From an uncultured Roseibium sp. (GTDB taxonomy: Bacteria; Pseudomonadota; Alphaproteobacteria; Rhizobiales; Stappiaceae): DNA of 64,000 nt. The translations under genes were made by a program, and so were the position numbers. The stretch lies in assembly GCF_947494555.1 (NCBI RefSeq), contig NZ_CANLVF010000006.1, positions 101,374 to 165,373 of the forward strand, written 5' to 3'. Under the pieces are notes generated by a model. It was not told the origin of the DNA. It did no database searches and worked only from the letters and a program-made list of their open reading frames with translations. This document shows, in pieces, positions 48,972 through 57,194 of this stretch. The stretch's first letter is position 1, and every line of letters starts with the position of its first letter.

Positions 48972-50321
48972 ATGACCCAGACCAAAGCCGGCCCGGACAT
49001 CGCCGCCGGACGCCTGCCTGAGGATGCATATTCTGAGAACTTCAGTGACCTGCATCCGCTGCTGGAACAGCATGAAGCACAAGTCGAGGCAGACCGTTGC
49101 TACTTCTGCTACGACGCACCGTGCATGCAGGCTTGCCCGACAAGCATCGACATCCCTCAATTTATCCGCCAGATCTCGACCGGAAACCCCGACGGATCGG
49201 CAAAGACGATCTTCGAGCAGAATATTCTGGGCGGCATGTGCGCGCGCGTCTGCCCGACCGAAACCTTGTGCGAAGAGGTTTGCGTTCGGGAAGTTGCAGA
49301 AGGCAAGCCAGTCAAAATCGGTCAGCTGCAGCGGTATGCCACCGACCATTATATGAGCGGGCACGACGAGACACCCTTTTCCAGGGCCGCTGCCAGCGGC
49401 AAAAAAGTTGCCGTTGTCGGAGCCGGTCCTGCAGGCCTCTCCTGTGCCCACCGGCTGGCTGTTCACGGGCATGAGGTCACGCTGTTCGACGCCCGCGACA
49501 AGGCCGGCGGACTGAATGAATTCGGTATTGCTTCCTATAAATCCGTCGAAAATTTCGCGCAGCGCGAAGTGGACTTTGTGCTGTCGATCGGCGGCATTGA
49601 GCTCAAGACCGGTATGCGCCTTGGAGACAACATTGATCTTGCAGAGCTGCGCGCGACGTTTGACGCAGTTTTCCTCAGCATCGGCCTTGGCGGCGTGAAC
49701 GCGCTCAACAAGGAAAACGAAAGCCACAACGGCGTTCTCAACGCAGTCGACTATATTTCCGACATTCGCCAGGCGGACGAACTTTCGCAGTTGCCTGTCG
49801 GGCGCAACATAGTCGTCATCGGCGGCGGCATGACCGCTGTCGACATCGCGGTACAGAAAAAGCTGCTTGGTGCCGACGATGTTACAATCGTCTACCGGCG
49901 CGAACAGGACCGCATGAACGCTTCGAAATTCGAACAGGAACTCGCACAGACGACCGGTGTCAAAATCCTGACGAACGCGCAACCGCATGCCCTGGTCACC
50001 GAAAACGGGCATATCAGCTCCATCGAGTTGGAACGGACAGTGTCATTGGCGGATGGTACCCTGAACGGCACCGGCGAGATTCTGTCGCTGCCCGCCGATA
50101 TGGTGTTCAAGGCCGTTGGGCAGACGCTGGTGCGTGATGATCTTGACGCCACCATCGCCCTTGAGAAGGGGCGGATCGTCGTCGACGCGGATCGCAAGAC
50201 CAGTCTCGACGACGTGTGGGCAGGAGGCGACTGCGTCCTGGGCGGCGAAGACCTGACTGTCACCGCGGTGGAAGACGGCAAAATCGCAGCAGAAAGCATC
50301 AACGCCGCCCTGAACGCCTGA
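48972..50321 (+). CDS. preT: Dihydropyrimidine dehydrogenase subunit PreT (Fe-S flavoprotein)
   Basis: RCYFCYDAPCMQACP, CARVCPTETLCEEVC, VVGAGPAG, IGGGMTAVD, WAGGD; alternative start 48945. Confidence 0.88.
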   Translation: MTQTKAGPDIAAGRLPEDAYSENFSDLHPLLEQHEAQVEADRCYFCYDAPCMQACPTSIDIPQFIRQISTGNPDGSAKTIFEQNILGGMCARVCPTETLCEEVCVREVAEGKPVKIGQLQRYATDHYMSGHDETPFSRAAASGKKVAVVGAGPAGLSCAHRLAVHGHEVTLFDARDKAGGLNEFGIASYKSVENFAQREVDFVLSIGGIELKTGMRLGDNIDLAELRATFDAVFLSIGLGGVNALNKENESHNGVLNAVDYISDIRQADELSQLPVGRNIVVIGGGMTAVDIAVQKKLLGADDVTIVYRREQDRMNASKFEQELAQTTGVKILTNAQPHALVTENGHISSIELERTVSLADGTLNGTGEILSLPADMVFKAVGQTLVRDDLDATIALEKGRIVVDADRKTSLDDVWAGGDCVLGGEDLTVTAVEDGKIAAESINAALNA

Positions 50322-50358
50322 TCGGCGTCCGGCGTTTCGGATCTAGGGGAGAGTCATC

Positions 50359-51672
50359 ATGGCTGACCTGCGTACAAATTTTATCGGCATCAAATCGACC
50401 AATCCGTTCTGGCTGGCGTCGGCACCGCCAACAGACAAGGAATACAATGTCGTTCGCGCCTTCAAGGCAGGCTGGGGCGGCGTTGTCTGGAAAACGCTCG
50501 GCGAAGACCCGGCGATCGTCAATGTCAATGGACCGCGATATGGCGCAATCCACGGCAAGGACCGTCAGCTTATCGGTCTCAACAACATTGAACTGATCAC
50601 GGACCGACCGCTCGAGGTAAATCTTCAGGAGATCAAGAAGGTCAAACGCGACTGGCCTGACCGTGCGCTTGTTGTCTCGCTCATGGTTCCGTGTGAGGAG
50701 GCAAACTGGATCAACATCCTGAAACGCGTTGAGGATACTGAAGCGGACGGCGTCGAACTCAATTTCGGCTGCCCGCACGGTATGAGTGAACGCGGCATGG
50801 GTTCGGCCGTGGGCCAGGTGCCCGAATATATCGAGATGGTCACCCGCTGGGTGAAACAGCATTCACGCATGCCCTGCATCGTGAAACTCACCCCGAACAT
50901 CACCGACGTTCGCAAGCCGGCAGAGGCAGCAAAGGCCGGCGGCGCCGATGCCGTCTCGCTGATCAACACCATAAATTCCATCATGGGTGTCGATCTCGAC
51001 GAAATGTCCCCTTCGCCTTCCGTCGATGGCAAAGGTGCGCATGGCGGATATTGCGGACCGGCGGTGAAACCAATCGCGCTCAACATGGTTGCGGAAATCG
51101 CGCGCGACCCCGCAACGCACGGATTGCCGATCTCCGGTATCGGCGGCATCACGACCTGGCGCGACGCAGCTGAGTTCATGGCGCTCGGTGCAGGATCGGT
51201 CCAGGTCTGTACTGCTGCGATGACCTACGGGTTCAAGGTGGTGGAGGATATGATCGACGGTCTGAGCGACTGGATGGACCAGAAGGGCTATACTTCGGTT
51301 GACCAGTTCGTCGGCAACGCTGTTCCGAATGTTTCCGACTGGCAGTATCTCAACCTCAACTACATCGCGAAGGCCAAGATCGACCAGGATCTTTGCATCA
51401 AGTGTGGCCGTTGCCACATTGCCTGCGAAGACACCTCACACCAGGCTATAACAAGCATGGTGAACGGCGAACGCCGCTTCGAGGTGATCGACGAGGAATG
51501 CGTCGGCTGTAATCTTTGCGTCAATGTGTGTCCGGTCGAGAACTGCATTACGATGGAGCCGATGGCGGCCGGCAGTATCGACCCGCGCACCAAGCAGGTC
51601 GTTGAAAAGGGCTACGCCAACTGGACGACGCATCCGAACAATCCGATGGCTGCCAAGGACGCAGCGGAATAA
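50359..51672 (+). CDS. preA: Dihydropyrimidine dehydrogenase subunit PreA
   Basis: FWLASAPPT, VWKTLG, ELNFGCPHGMSERGMG, KLTPN, GGYCGPAVKP; two ferredoxin motifs (CIKCGRC, CVGCNLC..CP). Confidence 0.95.
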   Translation: MADLRTNFIGIKSTNPFWLASAPPTDKEYNVVRAFKAGWGGVVWKTLGEDPAIVNVNGPRYGAIHGKDRQLIGLNNIELITDRPLEVNLQEIKKVKRDWPDRALVVSLMVPCEEANWINILKRVEDTEADGVELNFGCPHGMSERGMGSAVGQVPEYIEMVTRWVKQHSRMPCIVKLTPNITDVRKPAEAAKAGGADAVSLINTINSIMGVDLDEMSPSPSVDGKGAHGGYCGPAVKPIALNMVAEIARDPATHGLPISGIGGITTWRDAAEFMALGAGSVQVCTAAMTYGFKVVEDMIDGLSDWMDQKGYTSVDQFVGNAVPNVSDWQYLNLNYIAKAKIDQDLCIKCGRCHIACEDTSHQAITSMVNGERRFEVIDEECVGCNLCVNVCPVENCITMEPMAAGSIDPRTKQVVEKGYANWTTHPNNPMAAKDAAE

Positions 51673-51694
51673 CATTGGGCTGCATTTCACGAAC

Positions 51695-51729
51695 GCGCAG
51701 GCAAGTCCCGAATTTGCCTGCGCTTTTTC
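51695..51729 (+). terminator. Rho-independent terminator after preA
   Basis: GCGCAGGCAA...TTGCCTGCGC 10-bp stem followed by TTTTT. Confidence 0.75.
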
Positions 51730-51798
51730 GTTTCAACGCATTGATGTCTGCGACGTCGCCCTCTAGCCTACCCGGAAGTAAAATTCAGGTGGGCGCGT

Positions 51799-53298
51799 AT
51801 GCAAGATTCCCGGCTTCTGTTAGCGACCTCGATCGGCCTCTGCGCCGTTATCGGTTTTTGGGGTGTCATCGACCCGGCAAGTTTGCAAGCGATCGCAAAG
51901 GAAATCGTCGACCAGTATTTCTTCAGCCGCGGCTGGTTCGTCATGTTGTCCGTGACGCTCATGCTGCTCTTCTGTCTCGGGCTGACTGTCACGAAATACG
52001 GTGACATTCGACTTGGGGCGGACACAGACAGGCCAGAATATTCGACACCCACATGGATCGCGATGCTCTTCGCCGCGGGCATGGGTGTCGGTCTCTTGTT
52101 CTGGGCGGTCGCCGAGCCGCTCACACATTTCTACTTCGCAAAGGACTTTCTGCCGACACCGCTTGCGGCCGAACAAGCCCTGCTTGCCGCAAACTTCAAC
52201 TGGGGCATTCACGCCTGGGCCATCTATGGCACGACAGCGCTGACAATTGCCTATTTCAGCTTCCGGCGCGGGACTCCCATGCTGGTCAGCGCGCCGGTGA
52301 AGAACCTCTTTCCCGGCGAAAGCTGGGCGACTGCCGTCGGCTGGTTTTCAGACTTCATGGCAATTGCGGCGATCGCCATCGGGGTCGGCGGCTCAGTTGC
52401 AATGGGGGTGTTTCAGGTCGCCGACGGGGTCACGGTGCTCTTTGGCGGCGACGTGACGCCGTCCTGGCTGGTCGCTGCCGTTTTCTTCCTCATGATTGCG
52501 GCCTATATCCCGCCTCTTCTTGTTGACCTCGGTAGCGGGATGGCCCGCCTGTCCAACATAGCCATGGCGCTTGCGATCGCGCTTGTTGCCTATACGGTCA
52601 TTCTCGGGCCTTCCGAGTTCCTGCTGAACTCCATCATCGGCGGCATCGGGAACTACGTGGCGGAAGTTCTCCCGCGGGGGCTGCAGACTTTCACGTTTTA
52701 CGGGGACGAAACCAGTAAGTGGTTCCAGGACTGGACGCTCACCTACATGGTCTGGTGGATTGCCTGGGGACCGTTTGTCGGGGTTTTTGTTGCCCGTATT
52801 TCCAAGGGCCGGACGATCCGGGAGTTCGTTCTGGGCGTCTTGATCGGCCCAACCCTTTTCTCAACCATCTGGTTCGGTGCCTTTGGCGGCGTCGGTCTTT
52901 ACGAATCTCTGGATGGCCAGGGCGAACTGCTTGCGATGACGCAGACCAATGTCGAGCGCATGACCTTCGCGCTTCTGGACCGGTTGCCGCTTGCCACATT
53001 GACCACGCTTGTAACGATCGCCGCAGCGTTCCTTTTCATCGTCACGAGCGTCGTCAGTGCCGCCTTCGTGCTCGGCATGTTCTCGACCGGTGGCAATCCC
53101 GACCCGAGCGCAAAGGTGCGGGTCATCTGGGGCGGCCTCCTCGGCGTGTTGGGCGCCGCCATGATCCTGTCGGGCTCCATGAACGCTGTCAAAACACTGA
53201 TCGCGCTCGGAGCCCTGCCATTCGTTTTCATCACCGTTCTCCTGATGACGTGCCTGATCCGAGCGTTGTTGCAGGACAGTCAGGAGAATAGGCAATGA
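51799..53298 (+). CDS. BCCT-family (betaine/carnitine/choline) transporter
   Basis: WIAMLFAAGMGVGLLFWAVAEP, NWGIHAWAIY, WTLTYMVWWIAWGPFVGVFVARISKGRTIREF. Confidence 0.92.
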   Translation: MQDSRLLLATSIGLCAVIGFWGVIDPASLQAIAKEIVDQYFFSRGWFVMLSVTLMLLFCLGLTVTKYGDIRLGADTDRPEYSTPTWIAMLFAAGMGVGLLFWAVAEPLTHFYFAKDFLPTPLAAEQALLAANFNWGIHAWAIYGTTALTIAYFSFRRGTPMLVSAPVKNLFPGESWATAVGWFSDFMAIAAIAIGVGGSVAMGVFQVADGVTVLFGGDVTPSWLVAAVFFLMIAAYIPPLLVDLGSGMARLSNIAMALAIALVAYTVILGPSEFLLNSIIGGIGNYVAEVLPRGLQTFTFYGDETSKWFQDWTLTYMVWWIAWGPFVGVFVARISKGRTIREFVLGVLIGPTLFSTIWFGAFGGVGLYESLDGQGELLAMTQTNVERMTFALLDRLPLATLTTLVTIAAAFLFIVTSVVSAAFVLGMFSTGGNPDPSAKVRVIWGGLLGVLGAAMILSGSMNAVKTLIALGALPFVFITVLLMTCLIRALLQDSQENRQ

Positions 53299-53714
53299 CG
53301 CGTCTGAAGCACTTTGCATCTGCTATGGTTTTGATTGTGAGCATCATTGCGCCTGCCCCTGCGCAAGCGTGCAGGCTCATAAGCAGCGAAACCCAGACCT
53401 TTCTTAACTATTTGCCGATAACTGCGGTCAATGAGGAGGTTATTGCGCTTGTCTCCATTGAGGAGAGATCCGTCTCTTACGACAAGCCGTTTTTGAAGGT
53501 AAAAGTCGTAAAGTCGATAGCAGGCGTATCGACCGGACAACTTCTCAATGTTGCCTGGGAGCGTCATTCCTGTTCACGCGACCGCGATGTTACAACGGGA
53601 AAAATGTACTTTATTGCTGGCTCAATCGATCGGAACAACCTGTTTCGCGGTGAATGGAAGAACATCCCTCTGTTCGCCATATATGCGCGTGGCCAGCCCT
53701 CTAAAGTGCCATGA
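53295..53714 (+). CDS. Hypothetical secreted protein, mature chain predicted to begin with Cys (TIMP/NTR-like pattern)
   Basis: ATGA overlap with the BCCT stop; signal peptide ending APAQA-C; second Cys in HSC followed by GKMYFIAG. Confidence 0.55.
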   Translation: MTRLKHFASAMVLIVSIIAPAPAQACRLISSETQTFLNYLPITAVNEEVIALVSIEERSVSYDKPFLKVKVVKSIAGVSTGQLLNVAWERHSCSRDRDVTTGKMYFIAGSIDRNNLFRGEWKNIPLFAIYARGQPSKVP

Positions 53715-53757
53715 CCCAGCAAACCAGCGTATCAGTTCAAACGAGGAGAGGAGCGCC

Positions 53758-53856
53758 ATGCTGATCGGTGATCCGGTAGACACTTTCCTGAACCTTGGCA
53801 CCTTCGCTTTCATCGGAGCGATGATCTGGATCCTGATGCGAAAGCCGCCTGCCTAA
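53758..53856 (+). CDS. 32-aa single-TM small protein
   Basis: Strong purine-rich RBS (GAGGAGAGGAG) before ATG; MLIGDPVDTFLNLGTFAFIGAMIWILMRKPPA. Confidence 0.5.
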   Translation: MLIGDPVDTFLNLGTFAFIGAMIWILMRKPPA

Positions 53857-53968
53857 AGCATCTAGTGAAAAGTTGGATCGCCTGCCGCTTCCTGAAATCG
53901 TAGATTTCAACGCGATAGGTGATAAGCTTTGTTTCAAGGTTTTCCCGAAACGCCATAGGTCAGCCGGT

Positions 53969-54448
53969 TCAAATCCCAACTGTCAGATCAGGCCTAGTGA
54001 GCATCAGCCAGATGATCGCAAGGACCGCAAAAAAGGCCGGAAACCCACACGCGAACCATACCCTATAGAGCCTGTGATATTCGGCCGGCAACGGCGCACC
54101 GTCGGCGGCAGCGGCTTGCGCGAGCCGGCGCATCCTGATCTGGATCCAGACAACCGGCAGCCAGAAGGCGCCAACAAACACATAAAGACACAAGGAAATC
54201 AGAACCCAGCCTTCCAGGAGCGACCAGCCGATTTCGCGGGTCAGAAGATAGCCGGTGACGGGCTGAAAAATTGCTGCGGTTGCCGTGAATACGGTATCGG
54301 CCACAACGACAATTCCGGCAACATGGGCGATCAGGACCGGGTCCTGGGACCGGTTGGACATGACCATGAAAAACGCAATGCCAGCGCCGGTCCCTAAAAG
54401 CACACAAGCGCCGCTTACATGGGCAAAGCGCAGCAGATCGTACCACAT
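53969..54448 (-). CDS. DUF2269-family integral membrane protein
   Basis: MWYDLLRFAHV..LLGTGAGIAFFM, ADTVFT, WLPVVWIQ, WFACGFPAF, WLMLTRP; TGATG coupling and GGAGG RBS. Confidence 0.8.
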   Translation of the reverse strand: MWYDLLRFAHVSGACVLLGTGAGIAFFMVMSNRSQDPVLIAHVAGIVVVADTVFTATAAIFQPVTGYLLTREIGWSLLEGWVLISLCLYVFVGAFWLPVVWIQIRMRRLAQAAAADGAPLPAEYHRLYRVWFACGFPAFFAVLAIIWLMLTRPDLTVGI

Positions 54449-55746
54449 CACCTTTCCTCCAGGACGAGTGCGACAAGAAGGGCGAGTGCCATTCCCGGAA
54501 GAACTTTCACAAAAACACCAAGCGGATCGAGCCAGAGGTGCGGCGTCAGTATCGTGCCGGCGGCCAGATAGACTGCGGAAAGGGCAATCATGCCAAGGCA
54601 CGCCAGACGCGTCCATCGCCGGAACAAGACAGCAAGTCCAAGGCCGAGGTCAAGGATAGAGCCGGATACCACCGCTGCGGCCGCAATCGACACCGAGACG
54701 CCTTGATCGGTAAGCACCGCCGTCGCTTTGCTGAAAGACACCAGTCCGAACATGCCGGACAAAAGCCAAAACAGCGACAGACAGCCGATCGCAAGGGGGA
54801 GCGCCAGATACAAACGTGAAAACATGCGCTCCTGCGCTGTCGCGGGCATTTCGTCCAGTGTCTCGCGTAGCGATTTCAGCGGCGCGCCGTCCAGGCTCTT
54901 CCAGGTGTCCGGATCACCGGTGATACCGGCTTCGAGCGATCGCAACGCATTCGTTCTCAGCGGTGAACGCCAACCCAGCCACCCGAGCGCATCGGCGCAG
55001 CGCCCCAGCAGCTTAAGCGACCACGCAGGCACTTTGACCCGAAACCGCCAGGCAGGAAATCCCAGCCAGGCGCGCAGCTTTTCGGTCAACTCGGAAAACG
55101 TCTGAGACCCTGTTTCGGTGAGGTCCGCGACGAAGCGGGTCCCAAGGCGGCCTTCTGCCGCTTCCGCGACTGCGCCCGCAAGATCGCCGACATGTATCGT
55201 CTGAACCTTCGCTTCCGGCATGATCATGCCCTGAACGGCGGGAAAAGCGGCGGCCGCCCGCAACAGAGCCGTGCCTCCATAGGCCTGGGACCCGAGAACA
55301 AGCACGGGACGCAACACAATCCACTCGATATCGGACGACATGATGATTGCGTCGCCCCTGGCTTTGGTTCGGAAGAAATCGGTCAGTGCATCTTCCGTCA
55401 CCCCGGCCGCGGAAATCTGAATGAGTTTTGTCCGGGTTCCGGCCAGTGCATCACAAATGTTGCTCACAGCCGTTTCGTGGATGGCTTTCAGATTATCGCG
55501 CGCACCGTCCTGAAGCGTGCCGGAAGCATTCACCACTACGTCTGCGTCCGCCAGAAGCTGTTTCCAGTCGCCAATCGAGGTTTGCGCGATATTGCGGATC
55601 GACCACTCGATATCGGGGAATTCCGCATTAGCGAGCTTGGAGGAACGTCCAACGCCGCAGACCGAAAAACCTTTCTTTTCCAGCGCCCTGACACAGGCAG
55701 AGCCTATGAACCCATACGCTCCGAGAACAACGGCTTTTTTATTCAT
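54448..55746 (-). CDS. SDR/NAD(P)-binding oxidoreductase with C-terminal DoxX-like TM domain
   Basis: LGAYGFIG, VNASG, ISAAG, TKARGD, LRPVLV; C-terminal helices ending WLDPLGVFVK; start re-assigned to 55746. Confidence 0.8.
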   Translation of the reverse strand: MNKKAVVLGAYGFIGSACVRALEKKGFSVCGVGRSSKLANAEFPDIEWSIRNIAQTSIGDWKQLLADADVVVNASGTLQDGARDNLKAIHETAVSNICDALAGTRTKLIQISAAGVTEDALTDFFRTKARGDAIIMSSDIEWIVLRPVLVLGSQAYGGTALLRAAAAFPAVQGMIMPEAKVQTIHVGDLAGAVAEAAEGRLGTRFVADLTETGSQTFSELTEKLRAWLGFPAWRFRVKVPAWSLKLLGRCADALGWLGWRSPLRTNALRSLEAGITGDPDTWKSLDGAPLKSLRETLDEMPATAQERMFSRLYLALPLAIGCLSLFWLLSGMFGLVSFSKATAVLTDQGVSVSIAAAAVVSGSILDLGLGLAVLFRRWTRLACLGMIALSAVYLAAGTILTPHLWLDPLGVFVKVLPGMALALLVALVLEER

Positions 55747-55808
55747 GCTCTCTGCCTTGCTGGATGACGCCCAGTTGTGTTTAAGCTGCTTCATCTGTTC
55801 AGTAAAAT

Positions 55809-55836
55809 GAAAAAGGCCGCCTCTAAAGGCGGCCTT
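55809..55836 (-). terminator. Rho-independent terminator after the binding-protein gene
   Basis: AAGGCCGCC/GGCGGCCTT 9-bp stem with T-tract on the minus strand. Confidence 0.7.
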
Positions 55837-55864
55837 CGCAACTACTCAAGCAGGCAACGACCCA

Positions 55865-56860
55865 TCACATCTTGTCGGTGACGGCCGTCGATGTCGCGCC
55901 TTCAGGTGCCTTTGTGATAACCGGGTCGGAACCGCCTGCGAGCAAGGACTTAACCGTGCGGTCGTAGGCAGACATGTCGAGTTTGCCATCAGAGCCGTCG
56001 ACCAGCTTGACGATCTCGCCAACCATGCGAACCTGATGCTTTTCGGTCTGGGCGCCGGTAGCATCATTTTCCAGAACGATTTCCGCTGCTTCTTCAGGGT
56101 TTTCCGCTGCATAAGCCCAACCCTTCATGGAAGCACGTACGAACCGCGCCAGCTTGTCGACCATCGCCGGATCGTCCAGGCTTTCTTCCAGCACGTAGAG
56201 ACCGTCTTCCAGCGTCGCAACACCCTGGTCTTCATACTTGAAAACCACAAGTTCCTCCTCCGGAATGCCGGCATCGATCACCTGCCAGTATTCGTTGTAG
56301 GTCATCGTTGAGATACAGTCCGCCTGTTTCTGCAGGATCGGATCCACGTTGAAGCCCTGCTTCAGAACAGTGACACCCGCATCACCGCCTTCTGTCGGAA
56401 TTCCGAGCTGGCTCATCCAGGACAGGAACGGATATTCATTGCCGAAGAACCACACGCCGAGCGTTTTGCCTTTGAAGTCGTCCGGCGAGGTAATGCCGGT
56501 GTCCTTGCGGCAGGTCAGCATCATGCCCGACTTCTTGAACGGCTGCGCGATATTCACAAGCGGCACGCCCTTTTCGCGCGAGGCCAGCGCAGACGGCATC
56601 CAGTCGATGATCACATCAGCACCACCGCCGGCGATCACCTGAGGCGGTGCAATGTCCGGACCGCCCGGCTTGATGGTGACGTCGAGGTCTTCTTCTTCAT
56701 AGAAGCCCTTGTCCTTGGCAACGTAATAGCCGGCAAACTGGCCCTGCGTGACCCATTTCAATTGCAATGTCAGTTCATCTGCTGCCTGTGCGGCCCCGGA
56801 CATCAGGCCCATGCCAAGTGCTGATACAAGCGCGAGACTTTTTATTGTCTTCATTGCCAT
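55865..56860 (-). CDS. NMT1/THI5-type ABC substrate-binding protein, likely pyrimidine-binding
   Basis: Signal peptide; LQLKWVTQGQFAGYYVAKDKG, PGGPD, QGFNV, TMTYNEY, GWAYA. Confidence 0.85.
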   Translation of the reverse strand: MAMKTIKSLALVSALGMGLMSGAAQAADELTLQLKWVTQGQFAGYYVAKDKGFYEEEDLDVTIKPGGPDIAPPQVIAGGGADVIIDWMPSALASREKGVPLVNIAQPFKKSGMMLTCRKDTGITSPDDFKGKTLGVWFFGNEYPFLSWMSQLGIPTEGGDAGVTVLKQGFNVDPILQKQADCISTMTYNEYWQVIDAGIPEEELVVFKYEDQGVATLEDGLYVLEESLDDPAMVDKLARFVRASMKGWAYAAENPEEAAEIVLENDATGAQTEKHQVRMVGEIVKLVDGSDGKLDMSAYDRTVKSLLAGGSDPVITKAPEGATSTAVTDKM

Positions 56861-57020
56861 TCCCCTACTGGTTATGGACCCGGCACACGGGGCTGGGTCC
56901 TTCTCTGGAATATCAAACCTTTACACAGCGATGAACCGGGCTTTCACAACCGCGCTGATCACCTGCTGCAATCCGGTCGTACGTGAATGAACGGGCGTTT
57001 TGCCTTCTGAACATCCGGCA

Positions 57021-57036
57021 CTGACCAAATGGTCAA
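57021..57036. promoter_or_regulatory. RutR/PydR-like operator upstream of the binding-protein gene
   Basis: CTGACCAAATGGTCAA; 1 mismatch to TTGACCAnnTGGTCAA; 160 nt upstream of the start. Confidence 0.7.
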
Positions 57037-57194
57037 GAAAATCTAGAAAGGTGCTGCCTTGCCGGTCAAGGTTATTTTTTCATCAGGCCCCGATTCCGGG
57101 CAATTTTACACGTATGAAACGATACGCGTGACGATTCCCGGCCCTCGGGAACACATCGCTCAAAGCCAGACACCGGTACGCGGCGCATGTTCCG

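Noticed and set aside
48915-50012. 365-aa minus-strand ORF
   Set aside because: Antisense shadow of preT.
53548-53856. 102-aa ORF overlapping the secreted protein
   Set aside because: The upstream part is an off-frame overlap; only the last 32 codons have an RBS and a protein-like profile and are reported separately.
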